A stretch of 63,542 bases of DNA, the filler included, from a bacterium (GTDB lineage Bacteria; JAJRZV01): NCBI GenBank assembly GCA_024275095.1. It is 6 parts of 6 records of this genome, joined end to end, with 100 filler letters (N's around TTAATTAATTAA, not from the genome) between each part and the next. Parts side by side here need not be neighbours in the genome. Positions count along the whole stretch, not along the records: positions 47,875 to 54,516 come from JAJRZV010000004.1; positions 54,617 to 60,851 come from JAJRZV010000073.1; 4 more parts are not named here. One strand, 5' to 3'. Within the stretch, counting starts at the first letter, position 1. Every line of letters starts with the position of its first letter. The notes under the pieces were generated by a model. The model was not told where the DNA came from. It saw only the letters and a list, made by a program, of their open reading frames with translations, and made no database searches. The translations under genes and the position numbers were made by a program. Below are positions 48,736 through 58,131 of this stretch, piece after piece.

Positions 48736-49503
48736 TTACCGAAGGTATTTTTCGATTACCTGTTCGAAAGCGGGGTACGGCTGTGCGCCCCGGATAAAGG
48801 TTCCTTTTATTATTTTTGATCCCTTTTGGGTTTTGCCTATAATAAAAGAAGGGGTACCACGCACACCATAACTCATCCCATCCCTCATGTCTTTTTCCAC
48901 TTCAGAGGCATATTTGTTACTATCAAGACACTGTTTGAACTTGCTCATATTGAGTCCGATTTCAGAGGCAAAGCGTTCTATATTTTCACGGGAAAGATCA
49001 CGCTGATTCTGGAAAAGCTTGTCATGCATTTGCCAGAACTTACCCTGTTCATTAGCACACTCTGCAGCCATGGCAGCTGTTTTAGCATACTGGTGAAAAT
49101 TGAGAGGAAAATCTCTGAAAACCACTCGTACTTTGCCGGTTTTTATGTATTTGTCATAGATTTGAGGAAGAGTGTTTCTCGCCCATCTCCCACAGAATGG
49201 ACACTGAAAATCGCTAAATTCAATAATGGTTACAGGTGCATTGGGGTTCCCTTTGATGGGGTCATCATCAATGCTGGCTTCAACTTCAGCGCCCTGAGGT
49301 GTCGGGCGTGGTCCCTGAGGGCGTTCTCCCTGAACCCGCTGCGCCATGCGTAAGGTACGGGCGAGATTCTGGGCAACGCTCTCAAAAGCAGAGATTTTTA
49401 CAAGTACATACACCGCGAGAAACATCACTGCTACGAATGTGAGAATGGTGAAGATGGTGGTAATCACCATTAACGGATGAACGGAATTTCTTTCATTGCT
49501 CAT
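48736..49503 (-). CDS. DsbA/Com1-like thioredoxin-fold protein
   Basis: N-terminal TM; GNPNAPVTIIEFSDFQCPFC, RDFPL..H, GVRGTP, GAQPY. Confidence 0.92.
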   Translation of the reverse strand: MSNERNSVHPLMVITTIFTILTFVAVMFLAVYVLVKISAFESVAQNLARTLRMAQRVQGERPQGPRPTPQGAEVEASIDDDPIKGNPNAPVTIIEFSDFQCPFCGRWARNTLPQIYDKYIKTGKVRVVFRDFPLNFHQYAKTAAMAAECANEQGKFWQMHDKLFQNQRDLSRENIERFASEIGLNMSKFKQCLDSNKYASEVEKDMRDGMSYGVRGTPSFIIGKTQKGSKIIKGTFIRGAQPYPAFEQVIEKYLR

Positions 49504-50007
49504 TTTCTCCCTCCTCGAGATGAATTTTTATAATTAAACTACAAAAAGATTTCTCTTGCAAGATGTAATTGGTCGTTAGAAAGCAAATAGAAGTAATAAT
49601 AAGATGAAAGTACACGTTGTATGTTTGAATAATATGTTCTTCACAGTAAGGGGTTAGATTTAGATATCGATACAGATGTCTGGTTCTGCTCTCAATAATG
49701 ACTTTTATGTGGCGAGATTTGCAAGGGGGACGAGAAGAACCCGGGTGCACCAAAGGGTAACTGGATGCGTAATTACCGTTGGCAGGAAGAAATATATAGT
49801 ATACCAGCCCCTGGACGGGTTTGTATTGAAAGGTTAAAAGCGGTTTTGGAGTTGTGTTTGGTGGTGTTTGTTTTGGTTGTGGGAATGAGGTGTGTCCGCC
49901 CCTGATAAAGCTCGCGCTGCTCGCAGTGCGCCTGTGGGCGTCGGTGGTTCGACGATGGCGGAGGTTTTGGATTATCCCTGCGGAGGATGAATGAACTGTT
50001 GTAGTTG

Positions 50008-50080
50008 TGGGCAGGGGCGGAATCGAACCACCGACACGGAGATTTTCAGTCTCCTGCTCTACCGACTGAGCTACCTGCCC
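50008..50080 (-). tRNA. tRNA-Phe(GAA), CCA not encoded
   Basis: GGGCAGGTAGCTCAGTCGGTAGAGCAGGAGACTGAAAATCTCCGTGTCGGTGGTTCGATTCCGCCCCTGCCCA folds as a cloverleaf. Confidence 0.97.
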
Positions 50081-50091
50081 ACCGACCATGT

Positions 50092-50120
50092 TTTTTACAG
50101 AATGTGAGCACGCATGTCAA
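50092..50120 (-). promoter_or_regulatory. Putative sigma70 promoter of tRNA-Phe
   Basis: TTGACA-N17-TAAAAA. Confidence 0.55.
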
Positions 50121-50168
50121 GGGCATGTCTTCTCCTTTTTTATCTGAAAATGTGGTATTCTCCAAAGC

Positions 50169-50468
50169 ATGGACAGGTTGAAAAAGGTGAGTGAGAAGGA
50201 TGTGAGTCAGGTGCTTCAGTATTTAGGCCTCAGTCATTACCAGAGTATGATTCAACTATTAACAGCGTGGGAAAAAATTACCGGGGGGCGGTTGGCTTCT
50301 CATGTTCGAGTTGCTGATTTGAAAAAAGACGGTACGTTATTGCTGGAAGTAAATGACAGCACGTGGTTGACGGAATTGCGTTTCATGAGAAAGGAGTTGC
50401 TGGAAAAGATTAGGAATGAGACGGACGTGGAGGTAAAAAAGATAGAGTTGCGATTCAAAAATTTTTGA
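50169..50468 (+). CDS. dciA: DUF721 / DciA replicative helicase loader
   Basis: WEKITG..LASH...GTLLLEVNDSTWLTELRFM..ELLEKI. Confidence 0.85.
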   Translation: MDRLKKVSEKDVSQVLQYLGLSHYQSMIQLLTAWEKITGGRLASHVRVADLKKDGTLLLEVNDSTWLTELRFMRKELLEKIRNETDVEVKKIELRFKNF

Positions 50469-50522
50469 TAAAAGATATTCGGTGATTATTATATTCAGTG
50501 TAGAGAACAGCCGTACCTGTCA

Positions 50523-53204
50523 ATGAGTACAGAATCCTTATTCCCGTCTCAGAGAGTTTATTTGATAGATGTAATGGGTTTTATTTTTCGTGCATACCAT
50601 GCCATTCCTCATCTCTCTACCAGTCGGGGGCTCCCTACAAATGCTGCTTTCGGAATTGCGAACATGTTGACCAAATTGCTGCGCGAGGAGGAAGTAAAGT
50701 ACGGAGCCATTGTATACGATGCGGGAAAGCCCCAGGAACGCATGGCCATTTATGAGGCTTATAAAGCCAACCGTCCTTCCATGCCTGAGGATCTTGCTCT
50801 TCAGCTTCCGTATATACAGGAAATTATAGATAATATGGGGCTCCCCATTATTTCTGTAGAGGGACATGAAGCAGATGATGTGATAGCAACGCTTGCTCTC
50901 AAATTTGCCGCAAAGGGCTGGCAGGTAATTATCGTATCCGGCGACAAAGACCTCATGTGCCTGGTAAGCGATCGCATTTACATGCTTGATACCATGAAAG
51001 AAAGGCTTTATACGCCTGAAGAAGTTCAAAAACGTTTTGGAGTCACTCCTGATAAACTCCCGGACTTGCTTGCTCTAACAGGAGATAAGATTGATAACAT
51101 ACCGGGTGTCCCCGGAATAGGAGAGAAAACTGCATCGCGGCTCCTCAATGAATGGGGTAGCATAGATAAAGTTCTTGAAAACCTGGATTCTCTTCCTTCG
51201 AAAATTGCTGAGAAGATTAAAGCTCACCGTGAAAAACTTGAAATATCGAGAAGGCTCATTAGATTGAGAACAGATCTTGATGTTGATCTCAGACTTGAAG
51301 ACCTGCGTGTAAAAGAACCCAACCGGGAACGTCTTTTAAACATTTTCCGGGAACTCGAGTTTCAAAAGTTGCTTCATGAACTCACTTCCGCTTCTCTGGT
51401 CGATTACAACGCCTATAAGATTGTACTGTCCTGGGAGGAATTTGAATCTCTGGTGCAAACCCTTCAACAAACACCAGTATTTGCTATTGACCTTGAAACC
51501 ACCTCTCTGGATCCCCATGCTGCTGAAATCGTGGGCATTGCCCTTTCAACAGGTAAAGGAACAGGATGGTATGTGCCGTTGGGACACATATCGGGTAACG
51601 CTGCGTTTGCATTACGTGATGCATTGAACAGATTAAAGGGGATCCTGGAGAGCGAAGTTCATTTCAAGTGCGGTCAAAATCTCAAATATGATCACTGCGT
51701 ATTATTGAATTACGGTATAGACATGAAAGGGATTCGTTCTGATTCCATGATTGCCGCATGGATGCTCAATCCCTTGCGCAAGCGCAATGACTTAGACAAT
51801 CTTGCTGCTGAATATCTGGGACACCAAATGATTTCATATAAGGAGCTCACCGGAGGGAAGGGCAAGGCCGCCCCATCCATTGCTTCCGTGGAACCACAAA
51901 GGGCTGGCAAGTATGCATGCGAGGACGCGGAGGTTGCCTTTATGCTGTGTCAGAAACTGGAGGATGTACTTTCACGTGAACGTCTGGATTATGTGTACAG
52001 ACATATAGAAATGCCGCTTGTTCGAATACTTTCGTTGATGGAAAAGACAGGGGTGAAAGTAGATAAAGAGAAACTGGAGAGGCTGGGAGACTTTCTGGAA
52101 GCTCGAATCAGACAGTTGCGCCGGCACATCCAGGCGGAGGCAGGTGAGGAATTTAATCCTGATTCCCCCAAACAACTTGCGCATGTGTTGTTTGAGAAGT
52201 TGGGTTTAAAAAAAGGCAAGCGTACGAAAACGGGCTATTCTACAGATGTGGAAGTGTTGAAAAGACTTGAGGGGGAGCATCCCATCATTCCCCTTATTCT
52301 TGAATACCGGACCAGTACCAAACTCTTCAGTACCTACGTAGAAGGGTTAAGAAAAAGCATTCATCCCCACACCGGCAGAGTTCATACTTCTTTTAACCAG
52401 ACAGGCACGGCAACAGGCAGGTTATCATCCAGCAATCCCAATCTTCAGAACATTCCTGCCCGTGATGAAGGAAGGAGGGTTCGAGAACTGTTTGTGGCTG
52501 AAGAGGGATGGAAACTTATATCCGCTGATTATTCTCAGGTGGAACTACGCATACTGGCCCACTTGTCACAGGATGAGGCTCTCATAGATGCGTTTGAAAG
52601 AGAGCTTGACATCCACACGGCCACGGCTGTGAGAATTTTCGGGGTGTCCCCTGATGCTGTCACTCCTGATATGCGCAGGAAGGCCAAGGTCATCAATTTT
52701 GGGATCATATACGGAATGGGTGTCCACGGGCTCGCGCAGCAACTTGGCATTTCACACGGTGATGCAAAGTTTTATATTGATTCTTATTTCAAGACATTTC
52801 CTGGAGTGCGCCGGTTTATTGATGCAACCATAGAAGAAGCGCGCAAAACCCTGCTCGTCAGAACCATGTTTGGACGTTTAAGGCCTGTGCCGGAACTGCG
52901 CAGTTCACGAAAGGACATTCAGAGCCAGGGTGAGAGAATTGCCATCAACACCCCGGTACAGGGCACAGCCGCTGATATTATAAAAATCGCGATGATTCGA
53001 ATTCATGAACAATTTGAAAAACAATGTTTGCAGGCGAGACTCATACTTCAGGTGCATGATGAACTTGTGGTGGAAGCCCCTGAGGATGAGGTGGATGCCG
53101 CATCCCGGATTTTGAAAGAACAGATGGAAAGTGCAGTGGAATTAAGGGTGCCTTTGAAAGTGGATGTTAACGTCGGAGACAACTGGGCTCAGGTTCACGG
53201 GTAA
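50523..53204 (+). CDS. polA: DNA polymerase I
   Basis: 5' nuclease (YKANR, EADD, GDKD), 3'-5' exonuclease (DLETT, NLKYD, YACEDA), polymerase (ADYSQVELR, AKVINFGIIYG, QVHDE). Confidence 0.98.
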   Translation: MSTESLFPSQRVYLIDVMGFIFRAYHAIPHLSTSRGLPTNAAFGIANMLTKLLREEEVKYGAIVYDAGKPQERMAIYEAYKANRPSMPEDLALQLPYIQEIIDNMGLPIISVEGHEADDVIATLALKFAAKGWQVIIVSGDKDLMCLVSDRIYMLDTMKERLYTPEEVQKRFGVTPDKLPDLLALTGDKIDNIPGVPGIGEKTASRLLNEWGSIDKVLENLDSLPSKIAEKIKAHREKLEISRRLIRLRTDLDVDLRLEDLRVKEPNRERLLNIFRELEFQKLLHELTSASLVDYNAYKIVLSWEEFESLVQTLQQTPVFAIDLETTSLDPHAAEIVGIALSTGKGTGWYVPLGHISGNAAFALRDALNRLKGILESEVHFKCGQNLKYDHCVLLNYGIDMKGIRSDSMIAAWMLNPLRKRNDLDNLAAEYLGHQMISYKELTGGKGKAAPSIASVEPQRAGKYACEDAEVAFMLCQKLEDVLSRERLDYVYRHIEMPLVRILSLMEKTGVKVDKEKLERLGDFLEARIRQLRRHIQAEAGEEFNPDSPKQLAHVLFEKLGLKKGKRTKTGYSTDVEVLKRLEGEHPIIPLILEYRTSTKLFSTYVEGLRKSIHPHTGRVHTSFNQTGTATGRLSSSNPNLQNIPARDEGRRVRELFVAEEGWKLISADYSQVELRILAHLSQDEALIDAFERELDIHTATAVRIFGVSPDAVTPDMRRKAKVINFGIIYGMGVHGLAQQLGISHGDAKFYIDSYFKTFPGVRRFIDATIEEARKTLLVRTMFGRLRPVPELRSSRKDIQSQGERIAINTPVQGTAADIIKIAMIRIHEQFEKQCLQARLILQVHDELVVEAPEDEVDAASRILKEQMESAVELRVPLKVDVNVGDNWAQVHG

Positions 53205-53212
53205 AGGATAAA

Positions 53213-54208
53213 ATGCGTATTTTGATATTTGGCGCAGGGAGCATCGGTTCCATCATCGGTGGTTTCCTGGCGCATAAAGGGCACGAGGTGTGTCTCGTGG
53301 GACGAGAGCCTCACATGAAAGCGGTTGCCGATGCCGGCCTTCGAATTTCTGGTATATGGGGAGAACGTTGCGTAAAAGAAATTCATACTCGCACTTCGCT
53401 GGAGGGTCTGAATGACTCCTACGATGCAGTTCTTCTCACTGTTAAATCTTACGATACTGTGGATGCGGTTCGTGCGTTGAAACAGTTAGCATTACGTTCT
53501 CCTTTGTTTATATCATTTCAAAATGGTCTTGGTAATGTGGAAGTTCTCGAGCGTGAATTTGGAAAAGAAAAAACGGGGGGCGCGAGAGTTATATTTGGCG
53601 CTCGTATTGTAAAACCTGGACATGTTGAAGTTACAGTGTGTGCTGATAAAGTTGCGCTTGGCCCTTTGTGGAAACCTGTATCCCGCCGTCATCGGACACT
53701 TCTTGAGAATTTTGCAAACGTTCTGGATGAAGCAGGAATACCGTGTTTTTACACGGATAATGTTATTGTTTTTCTCTGGTCCAAGGTGCTTTACAATGCT
53801 CCGCTTAATCCTTTAAGTGCGCTTTTACGTGTGCCTTACGGTGAATTGTTGAGAGACGAAAGTTTGAGAATGGTGATGCGTCAAATAATCAGAGAAGGAT
53901 ATGCAGTAGCCCGTTCAGAACTTGGCTCGTTTGTTCCGTGGAAAAGCGCGGAAGAATATATAAAATTGTTTGAAGAGGAGCTTGTGCCGAACACGGCGGA
54001 GCATTATGCCAGCATGTGTGAGGACCTCTGGAAAAGGGGAAGAACAGAAATCGGAACCATCAATGGTGAAATTGTAAGACGAGGGATTGAGCGAGGTGTT
54101 GTGTGCCCCTCCAATTTTCTGCTTACACACCTGATCACCGCACTGTCTGAAAAGGCTGAAAAAAATATTTTTGAATCCGCAACAAAAGGCAAATCCCCTA
54201 TGAGGTAA
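53213..54208 (+). CDS. panE: 2-dehydropantoate 2-reductase
   Basis: GAGSIG, VKSYD, QNGLG, WSKVLYN, SMCED...RTEIGTING. Confidence 0.92.
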   Translation: MRILIFGAGSIGSIIGGFLAHKGHEVCLVGREPHMKAVADAGLRISGIWGERCVKEIHTRTSLEGLNDSYDAVLLTVKSYDTVDAVRALKQLALRSPLFISFQNGLGNVEVLEREFGKEKTGGARVIFGARIVKPGHVEVTVCADKVALGPLWKPVSRRHRTLLENFANVLDEAGIPCFYTDNVIVFLWSKVLYNAPLNPLSALLRVPYGELLRDESLRMVMRQIIREGYAVARSELGSFVPWKSAEEYIKLFEEELVPNTAEHYASMCEDLWKRGRTEIGTINGEIVRRGIERGVVCPSNFLLTHLITALSEKAEKNIFESATKGKSPMR

Positions 54209-54265
54209 CGTCAACATTTATGTGTCGAAACCTCTGAAAAAGTAAGGTTTCTAATTGAGCGGGAA

Positions 54266-54516
54266 TGCATTGGCCCAACAAAAAGCGAAACATTTTTTGT
54301 GAAAAACATGAGAGAGTTTCTTCTCATGCGTGCATCTCCTGGATGGATATTTTATATCCCGTCACATTTAGTCAAAGCTCAATTTCCTGATCTCATGAAA
54401 AGATTTATTCAGATAAACCTCTGCCGGTGTTCTCAGTCCTGATGCCCGGTGGGGCCTGTGCCACTTACAATGTCACCTGCTGAGCGTTCCAGGTGATACT
54501 GAACACCTCCAGCCCG
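54266..54516 (-). mobile_element. IS3-like non-autonomous element, copy 2 (cut by contig end)
   Basis: Near-identical reverse complement of about 57578-57826; terminus TGCATTGGCCC. Confidence 0.8.
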
Positions 54517-54616
54517 NNNNNNNNNNNNNNNNNNNNNNNNNNNNNNNNNNNNNNNNNNNNTTAATTAATTAANNNNNNNNNNNNNNNNNNNNNNNNNNNN
54601 NNNNNNNNNNNNNNNN
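54517..54616. other. Artificial contig linker
   Basis: N-run with TTAATTAATTAA. Confidence 0.98.
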
Positions 54617-55909
54617 GAAGATGCAACTCTTTACTTTCACTTTCGGCAGGGCGGGGCACCTTTCAAAAAAGAAAAAGTTCGAACGCTTCCATTACTGCGC
54701 TCCGGTGATGTCGTTTCTTTTAGCGCGCTTGATATACCGGACAATAAAGGCGGCCTCGCAGATTTATCGCTCAGGTATGACGTGTTTGTTTCCCTGGAGA
54801 AGGACAATGTCGCAATATGCCGATCTCGAAAATTAACATCCTTACAGATGGTAAAAACCCGTTTGTTGCCATACATAAGATGGTTCTTTTTGCCGTGCCG
54901 GTTTGACATGTTCTACGGGGTACTCAGGTATTCCAAAGATATGAATAAAAGGCAGGAAGGTTTTGAGCCTTTGCGCGGTGTTACTGCACCTATAGATAAA
55001 CTTCTGGAGGGTCCTGTTGATGAACTTTTGAAACTTCCTCTCCTCCACGATCCGGGGAAGTCCAAAGCTGGTGAAGAATTTCGCCTTTTCTGCGTGGAAA
55101 ACAAATTGTACATGGTGAGGTATTCCCGGACAGATAAAACTTTCGACCTTCTAAACTGGAATGCCCGGAACAAGAAATTCGATGCAGCAGGAATAAATTT
55201 GCAGTTCATGCCGTTCCGTATCTTCAGGTACGATTACGACGGGGACGGTACAGCTGAAACCGCGGCAATGATGCTTTCGGGTAGTCCTTCACAAAAATCA
55301 AAATTCAGGGTGGCCGTTTCGTTGATAGAGGATGGGAAGGTTGTGAGGAAGATTTCCTTTCCCGGGGGGATATCTGCCGGGCGGTCGGTGGATACGTGTG
55401 GAGATTTACTGGTCGTGGGAGCCCCTGGAGGCGATAAGGTTTACCTGATAAGGAAAGGTCGTGTTGAACGTATCATCACTTCAGAGAAGAAAGGCATTGC
55501 ATTTGGCGCATCGGTGGCGTGTGTGAATTACGGGGGTGAAGAAAAGATTTTTGTGGGTGCTCCTGAAGCCGAGAAACACAGCGGTGTGCTTTATGTTTAT
55601 ACGTCCGAGGGTTCGCTCGTGAAGAAATATCCCGGTTACAGCGGGTCGAAGTTGGGTGCATCCATGCTCAAAATTTCTTCGGCTCTCAGTCCCACCGGCT
55701 GGCTTGTATTTGCGGGAGCTCCCGGTTTTTCCGGGGGGCACGGAAAAATCGAATTTACCGACGGAAAAACACCGCCCCGGACACTGCTTAACGGACTGAA
55801 AAAATTTGTCGTTGGTGAACAGCTTGCACCGGCGGATTTTAACGGTGACGGATTCCCAGAGTTGACCTCTCTCTGGAAAGCCCATGTCCTCGTAATATAC
55901 CTCAAGTAG
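54617..55909 (+). CDS. FG-GAP/integrin-like repeat protein, 5' truncated
   Basis: Frame open from the contig start; DYDGDG, LVVGAPG, FGASV, VGAPE, AGAPG, DFNGDGFPE. Confidence 0.8.
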   Translation, partial: EDATLYFHFRQGGAPFKKEKVRTLPLLRSGDVVSFSALDIPDNKGGLADLSLRYDVFVSLEKDNVAICRSRKLTSLQMVKTRLLPYIRWFFLPCRFDMFYGVLRYSKDMNKRQEGFEPLRGVTAPIDKLLEGPVDELLKLPLLHDPGKSKAGEEFRLFCVENKLYMVRYSRTDKTFDLLNWNARNKKFDAAGINLQFMPFRIFRYDYDGDGTAETAAMMLSGSPSQKSKFRVAVSLIEDGKVVRKISFPGGISAGRSVDTCGDLLVVGAPGGDKVYLIRKGRVERIITSEKKGIAFGASVACVNYGGEEKIFVGAPEAEKHSGVLYVYTSEGSLVKKYPGYSGSKLGASMLKISSALSPTGWLVFAGAPGFSGGHGKIEFTDGKTPPRTLLNGLKKFVVGEQLAPADFNGDGFPELTSLWKAHVLVIYLK

Positions 55910-55916
55910 TTGCTTA

Positions 55917-57113
55917 TCAAAAAGCAGCCTGCAGCCTTCCCACTACTGCGTTGATTGAACCGTAGTTATCCATATCCGCATATACATAATTGATTGAAAC
56001 CCTGAGGTACTCGTTCATGTACCAGTTCAGCCCCAGAGTCATGCTTCTCGCTTCCCCACCGTTGATATCACCTGCGTCAAGATATGCAAATCTTACGCCC
56101 AGCTCCCATGCGCCGCAGCCACCGTTACCTGCGGGATTTACAGGCTTAAAGCCTTTAAGCTTTCCAGCCCCCTCCTTGTAATTCCGCATTTCTCCGGTAA
56201 TCATCCATGTGGCGTAGGAGTAGAAGCCATAAATTTTGTAAAATTCACCACCAGCTTCTGCAAATACAACGACACCTTCTGCCTGGAGCGAGACAGGTCC
56301 CCACAGAAGAGCCAGTTCTGTATTGCTCAGGTGGACGTTCGTGACACCGGAGGTCAGCATTCCTGCGTAGTCCAGGTCAAATTTCGGTGCCATGTGAATT
56401 TCGGGTCTGACGGTTATGCTGTATTTTTCTTCTGCAGGTTTCCTGTAACTGTACGCTGCACCGAGGTGAAGAAGAAAATTTCTTTGCGAGACCTTGAGAG
56501 GCACTCCGGCAATCCTGGCAGTAAATGAATACCCCTGCGTTGTTGCATTGCCTGTGCTATCTGCGTCTAAATAAGCACCGCCTGTAACAAGCAATCGCCT
56601 GTGTAAAAATGCACGCTTTACGGTAAGCCCGGTGTTTCGTGAGGGTGAGAATTTACTCGTTAAAGCACGCTCAACAAATGTGATGTATTTGCTACTCGTG
56701 AGTTCTTCAAGACTGAAAGGTTCTTTTTGATGCCCGATCGTTAATGTCCCGAGCAGGGGGGTGTGCTTGAAAGTCACATACATGTCCTTTACATGCACTT
56801 TACTCCCGGCAAAATCATACTGCGCTTTGAATCCTGCAAATCCGTACAAAAGTCCTTTCAGGTAAATTCGGATGCGCCTGAATTCCGTACCGCTTTCAAC
56901 ATTTGTGGATGCTTTCATTAAATTGTCGGGGCGCAGGTACGCCCAATCGTTTTGTATGCGCCCACCCACCGAGAATTTGAATTTACCGGTATTATCAAAA
57001 ACGTGAAGTCCACCTTTGAGTTTGACTTCTGCAGCTTTTGAGGACGCATTCAAGCCGAGCATTAACATGCTCACTGTACATGTTGCGGCAAACATACGGT
57101 GTATTTTTTTCAT
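55917..57113 (-). CDS. Phosphate-selective porin OprO/OprP family
   Basis: Signal peptide; GGRIQND, EFRRIR, KEPFSLEELTSSKYITFVER, GAWELGVR, LGLNWY, terminal Phe. Confidence 0.93.
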   Translation of the reverse strand: MKKIHRMFAATCTVSMLMLGLNASSKAAEVKLKGGLHVFDNTGKFKFSVGGRIQNDWAYLRPDNLMKASTNVESGTEFRRIRIYLKGLLYGFAGFKAQYDFAGSKVHVKDMYVTFKHTPLLGTLTIGHQKEPFSLEELTSSKYITFVERALTSKFSPSRNTGLTVKRAFLHRRLLVTGGAYLDADSTGNATTQGYSFTARIAGVPLKVSQRNFLLHLGAAYSYRKPAEEKYSITVRPEIHMAPKFDLDYAGMLTSGVTNVHLSNTELALLWGPVSLQAEGVVVFAEAGGEFYKIYGFYSYATWMITGEMRNYKEGAGKLKGFKPVNPAGNGGCGAWELGVRFAYLDAGDINGGEARSMTLGLNWYMNEYLRVSINYVYADMDNYGSINAVVGRLQAAF

Positions 57114-57146
57114 CTCGCCCCTCCTCTTGGTGTCTGTCATGGGGAT

Positions 57147-57190
57147 ATTATCGGGGTTGAATATTAAGGTATTGTTAGGTATCGATGAAA
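57147..57190 (-). promoter_or_regulatory. Candidate Pho box and -10 for the porin
   Basis: Three 7-mers at 11-bp period (TTTCATC, CCTAACA, CTTAATA) about 10 nt upstream of GATAAT. Confidence 0.45.
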
Positions 57191-57302
57191 TATTTTTTAA
57201 ATTTCCGGTGTGTTTTCTCGTGTCGAAAGACCTTTGGAGTGGAACATGTAAGTGATGGAAAGTTCATCTGATCACAGGTTTCCAGATCTGAATAATCCCT
57301 GG

Positions 57303-57343
57303 AATATATTTTGTTTGCCTCAAAGAGGTAAACAAAATATATT
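57303..57343. repeat. 19-bp stem hairpin
   Basis: AATATATTTTGTTTGCCTC-AAA-GAGGTAAACAAAATATATT. Confidence 0.7.
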
Positions 57344-57826
57344 GCCCCGCTCAAACCGAAAAGCTTTTTAGGTGAGACTTCAGGCGGAGGATTGATAGCT
57401 TTCCGGGCGAAGATAGAAAAATATCAAGTAAATTTAATCAACAAGAAAATCACGGATAAAATAAAAACAGTTTCAAGGGAGGAAGTGAGCCCCGGGCAGG
57501 AGAGCAGAGATGCCGCTGGAGCAGAAACTTGAGATCGTGCTTGCGGTACTCAAGGGCAAGCTGCCGGTGGAAGAGGCGGGCTGGAGGTGTTCAGTATCAC
57601 CTGGAACGGTCAGCAGGTGACATTGTAAGTGGCGCAGGCCCCACCGGGCATCAGGACTGAGAACACCGGCAGAGGTTTATCTGAATAAATCTTTTCACGA
57701 GATCAGGAATTGAGCTTTGACTAAATGTGACGGGATATAAAATATCCATCCAGGAGATGCACGCATGAGAAGAAACTCTCTCATATTTTTCAGGGAAGAT
57801 GTTTTGCTTTTTGGTGGGCCAACGCA
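57338..57826 (+). mobile_element. IS3-like non-autonomous element, copy 3 (full length)
   Basis: TIRs TATATTGCCCC / GGGCCAACGCA; internal HTH remnant MPLEQKLEIVLAVLKGKLPVEEAGWRCSVSPGTVSR*. Confidence 0.75.
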
Positions 57827-57992
57827 TGTTGCAGGGAAGGTATTACAGGCAGTGAGAGTGAAAATACCGTCATTTGAAAAGTAACAGCCTGTAATGAAAT
57901 AAAAACTTTTACAAACATAGTGGCAACACCCGAGATGTATCTGTAATATGTTGATTTTTAATGATTTTTTAAATGCAACTGTAGAAGATGGG
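57827..57992 (+). mobile_element. IS1634-family right-end remnant
   Basis: AGKVLQAVRVKIP C-terminus and CAACTGTAGAAGATGGG end; similar to 34810-34990. Confidence 0.65.
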
Positions 57993-58131
57993 TCTTATAA
58001 TATTATATAATTAATGGTTATGTTGTGTGTTTTATTCATTTTTTTTACTTCCCTGGAGCGGTTTTTTGAGATTTTAGCTCCGCTTCGGGGAGGGGGACAG
58101 GGAAAGGGTGTAAGTTGGGCGTACCTCTCGG

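Noticed and set aside
49493-50089. 198-aa ORF
   Set aside because: It runs through tRNA-Phe (GQVAQSVEQ... is translated tRNA) and shows no protein motifs.
54266-57826. Composite transposon carrying the FG-GAP gene and porin between inverted element copies
   Set aside because: Copies 2 and 3 lie on different contigs separated by a linker, so the arrangement may be artificial.
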